This document shows, in pieces, positions 17,581 through 27,873 of a stretch of DNA of 64,000 nt. Each line of letters starts with the position of its first letter. The stretch's first letter is position 1. The notes beneath the pieces are model-generated. The model did not search any database and was not told the DNA's origin. It saw only the letters and a program-made list of their open reading frames with translations. The stretch lies in assembly GCA_964354025.1 (NCBI GenBank), contig CAYGXQ010000003.1, positions 16,888 through 80,887 of the forward strand. The letters run 5' to 3'. The DNA is from an uncultured Gammaproteobacteria bacterium (GTDB lineage: Bacteria; Patescibacteriota; Microgenomatia; 2-02-FULL-39-11). Position numbers and translations under genes: made by a program.

Positions 17581-19806
17581 TTAGAGTTTGATGTTGGTTA
17601 CCGGTTCGCTGCCCTCATGCGGACAGTCCAGACAATAACTACCGAACATATCCGAGACGATTTGCTGTTCTTTGACTTCAGTATTGTCTTTTTGGTCAGA
17701 AGGCGCCAGGTTACGGGTGTTTTTATCAATCGTTACATTCTGTTTCAGGTTTTCCGTTTCCTTAGGGACGGTGTCTTTGATGAAATATTCATATCTGGTC
17801 GGGCAGCCGCGGTCAGCGGCATTTTTATCCGGATTGGGAGGCAGTTTCCCTGAAAGGCTGCATATTTGGGTCCCGATAATCTCCGGCGGCTGTTTCGGCC
17901 AAAGGTCAGGCTGGTTTTTCAAAATCTGAGTGAAAATTTTATTCCAAATCGGCGCCGCGCCGGTAATGCCTGAAGAGAGGTATGGATCCATCGGTTTATT
18001 ATCGTTGTTGCCGACCCAAACCGTCACCACAAAGTTAGGGGTGTAGCCAATCGTCCAATTATCTCTTTTATCGTCGGTCGTGCCGGTTTTGACCGCTACC
18101 GCGTGGTTGGGAACGATCAGAAATGAGGAGGTGCCGAACATTTGTGAACGGGCGTTGTTGTCAAGCAAAATATGAGACATGAGAAAGGTGGTTTCATTGG
18201 AAAGGACTCTTGGTCCCTGGATGAGAAGGGTAGAGGGGAAGGAAAGAGGCTTGTCAATTTCTTTAACCAAATTTTGATCCTTATACTCTTCTAGAATCTT
18301 ACCGTTATGATCTTCAACTTTCAGGATGGAAATCAGATCTTTTCTGATGCCGGAATTGGCAAAAACGCCAAAAACCTTAGCCATATCAAGTATCGTTACT
18401 TCGCCCCCGCCCAAAGTCAAAGATAAGCCGTATTTCGAAGGATCGGCAAAAGTGGAAATTCCCATTGCTGAAGCAGAGGCAATGACCGGTCCCACTCCGT
18501 TTAAAGCCATCATTTTAACCGCCGGAATATTGAAAGAATTGCCAAGAGCAAAGCGCAGTTGCACCGGACCATGGAATTTGCCGTCGTAGTTGACCGGGCA
18601 ATAAGGCTTTTGGCCGACTACCTGAAAACAGGTCGGTTCGTCAATAAAAAGAGTCGCCGGAGTCACTTTTTTTGTTTCAAAACCAACGGCGTAATTGATC
18701 GGCTTGATAGCCGAACCGGGTTGACGGAAAGAAGTGGTGACGTTGAAGTTGCCGCTGTCGGTGGCAAAATAGTCTTTTGAACCGACCATAGCCAGAATTT
18801 CTCCAGTAGCAGGGCGGGTAACCAAAGCGGCCCCGTTGCCGACCCGGTAATTTTTCAGTTTGGCGATTTCTGTAGCCACCGCGTCCTGGGCAAATTCCTG
18901 CAGCGGCAGATCCAAACTGGTAGTTACTTTCAGTCCGCCGGTTTCCACTATTTTTTCACCGTATTTTTCGACCAGTTTTTCTTTGATGTACATCACGAAG
19001 TGCGGGGCGGCAATATCACTTCTTTGAGGACGAAAATCCATCTTTTCGCTTAACGCTTCACGCTTTACGCTTTCTGTAATATAGCCGTCTTCGACCATCC
19101 GCTGGAGGACTTCTTTCTGGCGGTCGATCGCATATTCAGGATGAGCTCCGTAAGGAGAATAAACCGTTGGCGCCGCCGGCAGTCCGGCTAAAAGTGCAGC
19201 TTGCGCCAAGGATAACTGCTTAACGTTTTTACCAAAGTATTTTTCCGCGGCCGCTTCGATCCCCCAAGCAGTGCCGCCGTAAGGCACCTGGTTGAAATAC
19301 ATTTCCAGAATCTGGTCTTTGTTGTACAACCGTTCCGTCCAGAATGCCAAAATGATTTCCCTGATTTTCCGGCTTAAAGTCCGCTCCGGGGTCAAAAGAG
19401 CGGTTTTAACCAGCTGCTGGGTGATGGTTGAGCCGCCCTGCAGTTTTTGGTGAGACAGTGTTTCCTTAACCGCCCGCAAAATGCCGCCGACGAGGCTGAC
19501 GCCCTGATGGCGGTAAAAATCTTTATCTTCAATGGCAATCGTCGCCTGGCGAAGATAAAGGGGAATGTCTGCCAGTTTGACCAAGGTCCGGTTTTGCTCA
19601 GTATAAACTTCATAAAGCAGAGCACCGCTCCTATCAAAGATTTTGGTGGTTTGGGGAATTTCGTAGGAAATCAGTTTTGAAGGGCTGGGAAGACCGGTAA
19701 AAATAACAAAGAACATAAAACATAAAACAAAGAACAAAGAAAATATAATAAATAACAGGACAACTTTTTTCTTTGGTTGAAATTGTTTTGATGATTCCTT
19801 TTCCAT
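17581..19806 (-). CDS. Class A penicillin-binding protein (PBP1A family), paralog
   Basis: EDKDF, GGSTITQQL, SAIK, SFN and KTGT. Confidence 0.95.
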   Translation of the reverse strand: MEKESSKQFQPKKKVVLLFIIFSLFFVLCFMFFVIFTGLPSPSKLISYEIPQTTKIFDRSGALLYEVYTEQNRTLVKLADIPLYLRQATIAIEDKDFYRHQGVSLVGGILRAVKETLSHQKLQGGSTITQQLVKTALLTPERTLSRKIREIILAFWTERLYNKDQILEMYFNQVPYGGTAWGIEAAAEKYFGKNVKQLSLAQAALLAGLPAAPTVYSPYGAHPEYAIDRQKEVLQRMVEDGYITESVKREALSEKMDFRPQRSDIAAPHFVMYIKEKLVEKYGEKIVETGGLKVTTSLDLPLQEFAQDAVATEIAKLKNYRVGNGAALVTRPATGEILAMVGSKDYFATDSGNFNVTTSFRQPGSAIKPINYAVGFETKKVTPATLFIDEPTCFQVVGQKPYCPVNYDGKFHGPVQLRFALGNSFNIPAVKMMALNGVGPVIASASAMGISTFADPSKYGLSLTLGGGEVTILDMAKVFGVFANSGIRKDLISILKVEDHNGKILEEYKDQNLVKEIDKPLSFPSTLLIQGPRVLSNETTFLMSHILLDNNARSQMFGTSSFLIVPNHAVAVKTGTTDDKRDNWTIGYTPNFVVTVWVGNNDNKPMDPYLSSGITGAAPIWNKIFTQILKNQPDLWPKQPPEIIGTQICSLSGKLPPNPDKNAADRGCPTRYEYFIKDTVPKETENLKQNVTIDKNTRNLAPSDQKDNTEVKEQQIVSDMFGSYCLDCPHEGSEPVTNIKL

Positions 19807-19844
19807 AACAGAGTAATTTATTATACAATAATCATTAAATACTT

Positions 19845-20870
19845 ATGGAAATTGCCGCGCTTCACAGTAATTGGGTCGACCTGATCGTCATCCTCATGAT
19901 AATTCTTTATCTGGTGAGCGGCTGGCGGAGAGGATTTCTTTTGGGATTGGTCGATCTGGTGGGTTTTGTCGCCTCTTTTGCTTTTGCCCTGAAGACTTAT
20001 GCCTTTGTCGGTCAACTGCTGGTCGCTAATTTCCAAATTCCCCAAGGAATCGGTAAAGCGGTTGGTTTTTTACTCAGCGGGCTTTTGATTGAATTTGTTT
20101 TGTCGATGGTAATCAATTTGATTTATAAATACCTCCACAGGCGCTATTTCATCGCTTTGGCTAATCTGGAAAGAAGAAACATTCTCACTTTATTTAAACG
20201 TCTGGACCGGTTCTTTGGTTTTCTGCCGGCAGTCGGCGAAGCGTTGATCTTTACCGCTTTCATGCTGACTCTCCTGATTGCTTTGCCGATACAAGGAGCG
20301 ATCAAAAAGGATATCCTTTCCGCCCAAATCGGCGGAGCTCTGGTTGTCAGGACTCAAAGTATCGAAAAAGAGTTAGACCAGATTTTTGGTGAAGCGGTCA
20401 ATGAATCGCTGAATTTTTTGACCGTCAACGCCAATCCCCAAAGCACGGAAAAGATAGATCTAAAATTTACCCAGACCCAAGTCGAAGAAGATCCCGCCAG
20501 TGAAGAAGCGATGCTAATCTTGATCAATAAGGAAAGGACAAAGATGGATTTGTCACCGTTATCTTTTTCCCTGGCTCTTCGGACACTGGCGCGAAGTTAT
20601 GCCGAGGATATGTTTGCCCGCGGCTATTTTTCCCATAACGATCCGGAAGGATTAACCCCTTTTGACAGGATGAGAAAAAACGGGATCGAATTCTACGCCG
20701 CCGGCGAAAATCTGGCCCTGGCGCCGAATGTAGAACTAGCTCATCAGGGTTTGATGAATTCTCCCGGCCATCGGGCCAATATTCTCTCGGCGGATTTCGG
20801 TCAGATCGGCATCGGCGTTATTGATGGCGGCATATACGGACTGATGTTTGTGCAGGAATTCACTAATTAA
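19845..20870 (+). CDS. CvpA-family membrane domain fused to CAP/SCP domain
   Basis: NWVDL...GWRRGF and LDRFFG (CvpA); GYFSH, GENLA and SPGHRANIL (CAP). Confidence 0.88.
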   Translation: MEIAALHSNWVDLIVILMIILYLVSGWRRGFLLGLVDLVGFVASFAFALKTYAFVGQLLVANFQIPQGIGKAVGFLLSGLLIEFVLSMVINLIYKYLHRRYFIALANLERRNILTLFKRLDRFFGFLPAVGEALIFTAFMLTLLIALPIQGAIKKDILSAQIGGALVVRTQSIEKELDQIFGEAVNESLNFLTVNANPQSTEKIDLKFTQTQVEEDPASEEAMLILINKERTKMDLSPLSFSLALRTLARSYAEDMFARGYFSHNDPEGLTPFDRMRKNGIEFYAAGENLALAPNVELAHQGLMNSPGHRANILSADFGQIGIGVIDGGIYGLMFVQEFTN

Positions 20871-20902
20871 GCATGAAGAAAGATGCTTGCCCCGTATAAA
20901 CG

Positions 20903-21544
20903 CTACTTCATAACGGTAATTCTCTTAAGACCTTCGATGATAGCCTGACTGATTAAATCTTCCAGTAATAATAAATTGCCTTCATCTGCTTCCCGCATGG
21001 CTTTAATATATTTTTTCCTGTCAGTTCCTGTTTCCGCTTTTATTTCAATCGTCGGTAATCCAAGCTTAAGAAGAAGGAGAATGGTTAGCATACGGGCAGT
21101 TCTACCGTTGTAATCCTGGAAAGGATGAATAAAAACAAATTTATGTTGGAACCAGGCAAGAAGTTTTACTGCCTCGAGTATGTATTTATCTGCTTTAGGA
21201 TCTGGTAAATGCTTTAATCTTTCCTCCAAATCTTCATAGAAATTTACCATAAGTTCAGGTATCTTAAAATATGGCGTAGCTTCTTTTCCGGAAATTGTCA
21301 CTTGTATTTTTCTGAATTTACCAGCCCATTTTGGGAATATCCAGCCGAATGATATTGCATGCAATTTACAAATAAATTCTGGAGTTATTCTGACAGCTTT
21401 GTTTTTCTTTACTTGCTGACGGATGAAATCCAACCCCTTTTTTGTTCCTTCAATTTCAAGTTTAAGCAGTTTCGATCGGGGAATAATACCGAAAGCTGAT
21501 TCTTTATACGAAGTTGCGTCCTTTGGTTTCGTTGCGGCTTTCAT
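20903..21544 (-). CDS. Fic/DOC family toxin (class I)
   Basis: HPFQDYNGRTAR motif. Confidence 0.9.
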   Translation of the reverse strand: MKAATKPKDATSYKESAFGIIPRSKLLKLEIEGTKKGLDFIRQQVKKNKAVRITPEFICKLHAISFGWIFPKWAGKFRKIQVTISGKEATPYFKIPELMVNFYEDLEERLKHLPDPKADKYILEAVKLLAWFQHKFVFIHPFQDYNGRTARMLTILLLLKLGLPTIEIKAETGTDRKKYIKAMREADEGNLLLLEDLISQAIIEGLKRITVMK

Positions 21545-21717
21545 TTATATAATCGAGAAATCATCTTGCGGGTGACAGGTTCTCCTTCAAGCTTAGTGGT
21601 GCGAAAGATAATTTCTGGGATCAGGACACGAAAAAATCCCAACACGTTTTTTCTTTTCTTAGCAGTGCGGTATTTAGAATATGCCTGTAATAGTATATTT
21701 CTATTCTTTTTACTCAT
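21541..21717 (-). CDS. Putative FicA/VbhA-like antitoxin
   Basis: TTKLEG fits (S/T)xxxE(G/N); overlaps the Fic start; TATACT 6 nt before the ATG. Confidence 0.7.
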   Translation of the reverse strand: MSKKNRNILLQAYSKYRTAKKRKNVLGFFRVLIPEIIFRTTKLEGEPVTRKMISRLYK

Positions 21718-21831
21718 ATCTAAAGTATACAACTATCTGGAAGCTAAATAAAGATTTAGAATTAAATCATTGAGATCCATTTCTCCTTAAAACTACAGAG
21801 ATTGACTATTTGATGGTAAGCAGATAGAAAT

Positions 21832-22485
21832 ATGCAAGCAGAAGAACAAGATAAATTAGCACGAGTCGTACCATCAGTACCAGAACCTGTTGAAGAAACA
21901 CAAAAAGACGCATTAACATTATTGGGTGAAGCCGTAGCAGCTACAGCGGTTTCTGAAGAAGAAAAAGCTTTAGCTCAAGCATTAATAACTAGACAACAAG
22001 CACTAAAAGCAGAATGGCAAGCTAAAATAACCCAAGGATTAGCCAAAGGAGAGATAAACGGTATCATAGTTTCTGATCTTCATGGTGCTTTAATGGCTGC
22101 AAATATACCAGCAAGCGGTGGACCAACACCAATTGAATTTAGAGCTGATGAAGAAGCGGGGGGCAAACCATTTTTTAAACAAGCATACATTCAATTTCCA
22201 TTATTAGAAGCGATGACGGTTGGTGATGAACAACATAGGTGTATGGTTCAACCGTCTGAAGAATTTCAAGATAGAGTATTAAAACAGCTTGGAGCCTATT
22301 CTGGAGAAAATAAACCAGTTTGGGCGGCTCAGCATGATGCAAAAGGCGGAATGGTTGAACGTGTCCCAACCTCACTAGCTGGAGTAGAATTATCTGCGAA
22401 TATTATTGGAAGTGCTGGTGGTTTTTCTATTAGTACAAAACTAAACGAAGCAGCGTTTGGTAAAGCTATAGGTGTTCCTCACTAA
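21832..22485 (+). CDS. Hypothetical protein
   Basis: 217-aa ORF with A/T-ending codons unlike its neighbours. Confidence 0.75.
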   Translation: MQAEEQDKLARVVPSVPEPVEETQKDALTLLGEAVAATAVSEEEKALAQALITRQQALKAEWQAKITQGLAKGEINGIIVSDLHGALMAANIPASGGPTPIEFRADEEAGGKPFFKQAYIQFPLLEAMTVGDEQHRCMVQPSEEFQDRVLKQLGAYSGENKPVWAAQHDAKGGMVERVPTSLAGVELSANIIGSAGGFSISTKLNEAAFGKAIGVPH

Positions 22486-22649
22486 TACTTACCTTAGTTC
22501 TAATAGTTCCTTAAAGGGATACAGATTGAGCTAATAAAAGTTCCAAGTTCGTTCCACATTCTCCTCAGATTGTTAAGAGAGAGCGAAAACCCAAACTAGT
22601 ATTGACATAGTATCAGTTTAGGAGTAAAGTAAAAATAGGAGGTATCGAT

Positions 22650-23252
22650 ATGTTTACATTACCGGATTTACCATATGCGTATGAGGCGTTGGAGCCCTAT
22701 ATTGATCGTGAGACGATGCATATCCATCACGACAAGCATCATGCCACATACGTTGCTAACTTAAACGATCTTCTGAAAGATCAACCGGAGTTTGCCCAAA
22801 TGGAGATAGGGCAATTGGTGAAAAGTTTAAATAAAGTTCCTGAAGCTTTCAGACAAAAGGTCATCAATAACGCCGGCGGAGTCATCAACCACAGCCATTT
22901 CTGGCAGCTGATGAGTCCGAAAGATGAAAAAAACCAGCCGCAGGGGAAATTTCAGGAAGCTATAAATTCCGCTTACGGCGGTTTGGAGAAATTTCAGGAA
23001 AATTTTAGTGCCAAAGCTTTAGGAAGATTCGGCAGCGGTTGGGTTTGGCTGATTGCCAAAGACAACAAATTAGAGATTGTTGATACTGCCAATCAGGACA
23101 CGCCGGAGTCAAATGGAAACAAAATACTTTTGACTCTGGATGTCTGGGAACACGCTTATTACCTGAAATACCAAAACCGGCGAGCCGATTATATAAAGGC
23201 CTGGTGGAACGTGGTTAACTGGAAAGAAGTAGAGAAACGGTTTATAATGTAA
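22650..23252 (+). CDS. sodA: Mn/Fe superoxide dismutase
   Basis: HHDKHH, NAGGVINH, FGSGW and DVWEHAYY; TTGACA-17-TAAAGT promoter and GGAGG SD. Confidence 0.95.
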   Translation: MFTLPDLPYAYEALEPYIDRETMHIHHDKHHATYVANLNDLLKDQPEFAQMEIGQLVKSLNKVPEAFRQKVINNAGGVINHSHFWQLMSPKDEKNQPQGKFQEAINSAYGGLEKFQENFSAKALGRFGSGWVWLIAKDNKLEIVDTANQDTPESNGNKILLTLDVWEHAYYLKYQNRRADYIKAWWNVVNWKEVEKRFIM

Positions 23253-23255
23253 TTA

Positions 23256-24737
23256 ATGCCCAGAGAATATTTCAGCGAGCTTTCCGATCACAAGTCGCCT
23301 CCATCCTATAAATTCTTCAACGGCCAAAAGTGGGCAAATTCTTTAAGCGGCAAGACCAAAGAAGTCATTTCCCCAATAGATAATCATGTTTTAGGTTTGA
23401 TACCGGTGGTTACTCATTCCGAGATCGATCAGGCGATAAGACTGGCCAAAAAAGCCCAGAAAGAGTGGGCGGGCGTGCCGATGATACAAAGAGCTAAAGT
23501 CCTGCATCTGGCCGCTGACTGGCTCCGTCACCACGAACATTATTTCACCACCCTTTTGATCAAAGAAATCGGCAAATCTCAAGCGGAAGCCAAAGACGAG
23601 ATATTACGAAGCGCGGACATGATCGACTATTTTGCCAATGAAGGGCTAAATCTGCGCGGTGAAGAACTCTCAGGCGAGGCTTTTCCCGGTTACGACCAGA
23701 CGAAAATGGCCATTATCGAAAGAGTGCCGTTGGGGGCCATTTTATCCATCCCGCCTTTTAATTACCCGGTCAATTTGGCGGTTTCCAAAATTGCTCCGGC
23801 TCTCATTACCGGCAACTGTGTCATCTTCAAACCGCCGACCCAGGGGACGATTTCCGATTTGCACCTGACGGAAGTTTTCCGGATCGCCGGTTTGCCGGAG
23901 GGGCTGATTGTCACTTTGACCGGCGGCGGCGAGGACATCGGCGATTATCTTTGTACGCATCGGGATATCGACATGGTTACTTTCACCGGTTCCTCAAAAG
24001 TAGGGCAGGAGATTGCCGCCATCATCGGCATGATCCCGATCCTTTTTGAGTGCGGCGGCAACAATCCGGCCCTGATTTTGCCGGATGCGGATATGGAAGG
24101 GACAGCCACCGAAATAGTGAAAGGCGCTTTTTCCTATTCCGGCCAGCGTTGTACGGCCATCAAATACGTTTTGGGTTTGCCGCCGACTCTGAAGGAGATT
24201 TTACCGAAGGTGATAGCCAAAACCAAAGAACTTTATAAAATGGGAGATCCTAGGATCGAATCAAACAATCTGGGGCCGGTCATTTCAGACGCGGCTGCGG
24301 ATTTGATTGAAAAAAGGATTATCATGGCCAAAGCCGACGGAGCCAAAATAGCATATGGCGGAACCAGAAAAGAAAGATATCTCGAGCCGACTATTTTAAC
24401 CGGCGGCCGGCCGAGTATGGAAATCGTCCACACGGAAACTTTCGGGCCGGTAGTGACTTTTATGGAAATAAAATCTATCGATGAAGCGATCGCCATTATT
24501 AACGCTTCAACCTACGGTTTGCAGGCCTCGATTTTTACCAGCGATGAAGGCGCCGGCATCCGGCTGGGCAAGCAGATTGAGGTGGGGACGGTCCAAATCA
24601 ACAGCAAACCGCAAAGAGGCCCGGATCATTTTCCATTTTTGGGCATAAAAGGCAGCGGCTCGGGAGTTCAGGGAGTGCGTTATACTTTAGAAGCGATGAC
24701 CAGGCTTCGCTCAATCGTTCTCAATAAACCGCATTAA
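23256..24737 (+). CDS. gapN: Non-phosphorylating NADP-dependent glyceraldehyde-3-phosphate dehydrogenase
   Basis: PFNYPVNL, KPPTQG, AFSYSGQRCTAIK and QRGPDHFPFLG. Confidence 0.88.
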   Translation: MPREYFSELSDHKSPPSYKFFNGQKWANSLSGKTKEVISPIDNHVLGLIPVVTHSEIDQAIRLAKKAQKEWAGVPMIQRAKVLHLAADWLRHHEHYFTTLLIKEIGKSQAEAKDEILRSADMIDYFANEGLNLRGEELSGEAFPGYDQTKMAIIERVPLGAILSIPPFNYPVNLAVSKIAPALITGNCVIFKPPTQGTISDLHLTEVFRIAGLPEGLIVTLTGGGEDIGDYLCTHRDIDMVTFTGSSKVGQEIAAIIGMIPILFECGGNNPALILPDADMEGTATEIVKGAFSYSGQRCTAIKYVLGLPPTLKEILPKVIAKTKELYKMGDPRIESNNLGPVISDAAADLIEKRIIMAKADGAKIAYGGTRKERYLEPTILTGGRPSMEIVHTETFGPVVTFMEIKSIDEAIAIINASTYGLQASIFTSDEGAGIRLGKQIEVGTVQINSKPQRGPDHFPFLGIKGSGSGVQGVRYTLEAMTRLRSIVLNKPH

Positions 24738-25254
24738 ACGATTTCATTGCAATTTCCAGGGTTTCCGTCGGGCCGTTGGCATAAGTATCAATTACCAGAT
24801 CATACATTTTTGGGTTCCAAAAATCTTTGGTCAGGTAGAGCTTTTCCCATTTCTTGATGTTTTCTTCTTCCCGGGTCTGCAGGTGATATTTGGCTTCTTC
24901 TATGGTCATTTTATCGCGGTTGACCAGGCGGTCAATCCGCACCGCGTCATCAGGGCAAGTGAGAAGAATTTTATAAACCTCAGGGATTCCCTGGGCGTCA
25001 TAACCGGCCAGCCACGATTCAATAACCAAATGATTTTCCTTTCGGAGTTTTTCTTTGATCAGGTTATCCAGATCAAGGTGATATTGATCGGAAGTGCGGC
25101 TGGTTTCTTCCAAAGGAATGCCGTTTTTCCTGACGTGCTCGCGGACGAGTTCTCCACCGAGAATCAATTGCCAGCCCAGTTTTTCCGATAAAGATCTGGC
25201 CAAAGTCGTCGAACCGGTGGCGGCTTTACTGGAGATGGTGATGTTTCGAAGCAT
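24721..25254 (-). CDS. cmk: Cytidylate kinase (short, archaeal-like family)
   Basis: ITIS..ATGSTT P-loop, VIESWLAG and YDLVIDT. Confidence 0.8.
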   Translation of the reverse strand: MLRNITISSKAATGSTTLARSLSEKLGWQLILGGELVREHVRKNGIPLEETSRTSDQYHLDLDNLIKEKLRKENHLVIESWLAGYDAQGIPEVYKILLTCPDDAVRIDRLVNRDKMTIEEAKYHLQTREEENIKKWEKLYLTKDFWNPKMYDLVIDTYANGPTETLEIAMKSFNAVY

Positions 25255-25282
25255 AGGGTTATCTTACACTAAGAACTTTTTT

Positions 25283-25398
25283 TTGACAAATGTTCGCGGA
25301 TAATGGTAAGATAGAACATGTTGGCACAAATGTTCCAGCCAAATATAAAATTAGTAATTTACAAATACCCGGCTAAGGCCGGGATTATTTTGGGCTAA
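25283..25398 (+). promoter_or_regulatory. Promoter, 26-aa uORF and hairpin upstream of the purine operon
   Basis: TTGACA 25283, TAAGAT 25307, ATG 25318 to TAA 25398, and CCCGGC-TAAG-GCCGGG-ATTATTTT. Confidence 0.5.
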
Positions 25399-25399
25399 A

Positions 25400-25810
25400 A
25401 TGGCAAAAATCGTTTGTTTCTGCGGCAGTTTCAAATTTTATAAAGAGATGATCGAGGTGGCTGAAATACTCAAGAAGGCCGGTTATCAGGTGATTGTACC
25501 TAAACCTTCGCACATCCGTCACGGCCATAAGCCGGAAGAACTGAAGAAAATAAAATATGACCAAAAAACCCTGCAAAAATGGGAGGGTGAAGGCGCTTTT
25601 TCCCATCTGGAAAATATAAGAAAAAGCGATTTAATCTATATTTATAACCAAGGTTCATACTTGGGTCCGGCAGTGACGGTAGAAATCGGTTACGCGCTGG
25701 CACTCGGCAAGCTGATTTACGCCCGGGCAGCCGTGACGGATATTACGGTGACAAACTTTATCAAAGCGGTGGTCAGTCCGCATAAATTACTTAAATTATT
25801 AAGTGTATAA
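25400..25810 (+). CDS. Nucleoside 2-deoxyribosyltransferase-like protein
   Basis: FCGSFKF, IRKSD and VEIGYALALGK. Confidence 0.65.
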   Translation: MAKIVCFCGSFKFYKEMIEVAEILKKAGYQVIVPKPSHIRHGHKPEELKKIKYDQKTLQKWEGEGAFSHLENIRKSDLIYIYNQGSYLGPAVTVEIGYALALGKLIYARAAVTDITVTNFIKAVVSPHKLLKLLSV

Positions 25811-25817
25811 TATGATT

Positions 25818-26792
25818 ATGCATCAATTTGGAGAACTGACAGAACTTCACGTCCACGTGGGAAGCGCGGTTGACCCGCCGATCATGTGGGAGATCGCTCA
25901 CGAACAGGGGATCAAACTGCCGACGAAAAACTACTGGGAATTTGAGAAGCTGATTACCGTGGCCGACAAAACCAACTACGATAAATATCTGGAACTTTTT
26001 TACTGGACGGAACTCATCCAATCCTCACCGGAAGCCATGGATAAGAGCATTTATTCGATTGCTTCAGGTGCTTATAGGAAAAACAACATCACCACTCTTG
26101 AAATCCGTTTTAACCCGATGAAAAGAAACAGGGAAGGGGAGCGGGATCTTGACCACATCATTCTGGCTGCCATTCACGGCATGGAAAGGGCCATGCTCGC
26201 TTATCCGGTCCGGGTCGGTTTGATCTTTTGCCTGGACCGCTCTTTTTCACCGAATTTAAACGGGATTATTGCCGAAAAGGCGATGAAATACAGCCGCCGC
26301 GGCGTCGTGGGAATTGATCTGGCCGGACATATCGACAGTAAATTTCGACTTGAGGATATTGCGGAAATTGCCGTCCAATGCCGTAAATTTGGTTTAGGGA
26401 TTACCATCCATACCGGCGAGGCCACAGGGGCCGATGAAGTCAAAGAAGTGATGCGGTTGATTGCGCCCGAGCGTTTAGGTCACGGCATCAGAAGCGTTGA
26501 GGACGAAAATCTTTTGGATGATTTGAGCGCCAAAGGCACAGTTTTGGAAATTTGTCCCTCCTCTAATTTGCATACCGGCGTGGTTAAAAGCCTTGAGGAA
26601 TTTAAAGTTATTTTTTGCAAGCTTAAACAGCACGGAGTCAAATTTACCATTAATACCGACGGACCGGAAATGATCAAGACCAATCTTTCCGCCGAATACA
26701 ATCTGCTTTTAGAAAATGGTATCTTAGAAAAAGAAGACGTACTCAGCGCTTCAAAGGAAGCGAGAAAGGCAAGTTTCATCAAAAATGTCTGA
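25818..26792 (+). CDS. add: Adenosine/AMP deaminase family
   Basis: ELHVHVG, GIDLAG, HTGE, RLGHG, EICPSSN and INTD. Confidence 0.88.
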   Translation: MHQFGELTELHVHVGSAVDPPIMWEIAHEQGIKLPTKNYWEFEKLITVADKTNYDKYLELFYWTELIQSSPEAMDKSIYSIASGAYRKNNITTLEIRFNPMKRNREGERDLDHIILAAIHGMERAMLAYPVRVGLIFCLDRSFSPNLNGIIAEKAMKYSRRGVVGIDLAGHIDSKFRLEDIAEIAVQCRKFGLGITIHTGEATGADEVKEVMRLIAPERLGHGIRSVEDENLLDDLSAKGTVLEICPSSNLHTGVVKSLEEFKVIFCKLKQHGVKFTINTDGPEMIKTNLSAEYNLLLENGILEKEDVLSASKEARKASFIKNV

Positions 26793-27843
26793 TATAAAAA
26801 AAGGCTTGACTTTCGATGATGTTTTGCTTTTGCCTGGGTTTGCCGAGATTAAACGGGAAGAGATAGACATTACCTCTTCCTGGTCGCCAAAAATAAAACT
26901 GAACGTTCCCTTGGTTTCGGCGCCGATGGACACGGTGACTGGGGCGAAAATGGCTATCGCCCTGGGTAAATTAGGCGGTTTGGGAGTGATCCACCGCAAC
27001 TTATCAGTAGAAAATCAGGCGAAAGAAATTTTTTCAGCCAAAAAAGAAATTCCGTTTGTCGCAGCGGCGGTGGGTGTCGGTGACGATTTGGTTAACCGTT
27101 TGGATGTCTTGGTCAAAGCCGGTCTTGATGTTGTCGTGGTTGACAGTGCCCACGGCTATTCCAAATTTGTGGTTGAGGCAACTGTTTATATTGCCCAAAA
27201 ATACCCCCAACTTTTCCTTATTTCCGGCAATGTCGCCACTTATGAAGGGGCTCAAAAATTAATTTCCTCCGGGACTCATGCTCTTCGGGTCGGTATGGGT
27301 CCGGGTTCAATCTGTACTACCAGGATTGTCGCCGGTATCGGCGTGCCGCAGTTTACCGCTATCTTTGAAACTGCTCGAGCCGCCGGGGAAAATAATATTC
27401 CGGTTATTGCCGACGGCGGTATCCGTTTTTCCGGTGACGTAGTCAAAGCATTGTCCGCCGGTGCCGGTGCAGTCATGCTCGGTTCGCTTTTTGCCGGTTG
27501 TGAGGAAGCGCCGGGAAAATTGGTGACAGTGAAAGGCAAAAAATACAAGTCATACCGGGGCATGGGATCGCTTCCGGCGATGAAAGAAGGCAGTGCCGCC
27601 CGGTATGGTCAAACCTATCATCAGGGTCTGGAGAAAAAACTGATCGCGGAAGGTGTTTCCGGTCTGGTGCCATACCGCGGTTCCTTGGAAGAGGTGGTGA
27701 CGCAATTGGTTGGCGGACTGCGGTCGGGGATGTATTACGCCGGGGCGAAAAACATTAAAGACCTCCAGAAAAAAGCTGAGTTTATTAAAATCACGCCGGC
27801 CGGACTGACGGAAAGTTTTCCGCACGACGTTATACTTAAGTAA
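26785..27843 (+). CDS. guaB: IMP dehydrogenase lacking the CBS subdomain
   Basis: [35 protein letters not shown] and EGV. Confidence 0.93.
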   Translation: MSDIKKGLTFDDVLLLPGFAEIKREEIDITSSWSPKIKLNVPLVSAPMDTVTGAKMAIALGKLGGLGVIHRNLSVENQAKEIFSAKKEIPFVAAAVGVGDDLVNRLDVLVKAGLDVVVVDSAHGYSKFVVEATVYIAQKYPQLFLISGNVATYEGAQKLISSGTHALRVGMGPGSICTTRIVAGIGVPQFTAIFETARAAGENNIPVIADGGIRFSGDVVKALSAGAGAVMLGSLFAGCEEAPGKLVTVKGKKYKSYRGMGSLPAMKEGSAARYGQTYHQGLEKKLIAEGVSGLVPYRGSLEEVVTQLVGGLRSGMYYAGAKNIKDLQKKAEFIKITPAGLTESFPHDVILK

Positions 27844-27844
27844 T

Positions 27845-27860
27845 CTGCCTGCGCAGGCAG
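27845..27860. repeat. Mini-palindrome CTGCCTGCGCAGGCAG
   Basis: Perfect palindrome in the guaB-guaA spacer. Confidence 0.65.
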
Positions 27861-27873
27861 GCTTAAGTCACTT

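Noticed and set aside
15153-19806. Tandem PBP1A genes as a novelty or assembly duplication
   Set aside because: They are clearly diverged paralogs, and multiple class A PBPs are ordinary.
25300-25400. Purine riboswitch upstream of guaB/guaA
   Set aside because: The conserved TATGG, GTTTCTACC and CCGTAAA loop/junction motifs are absent.
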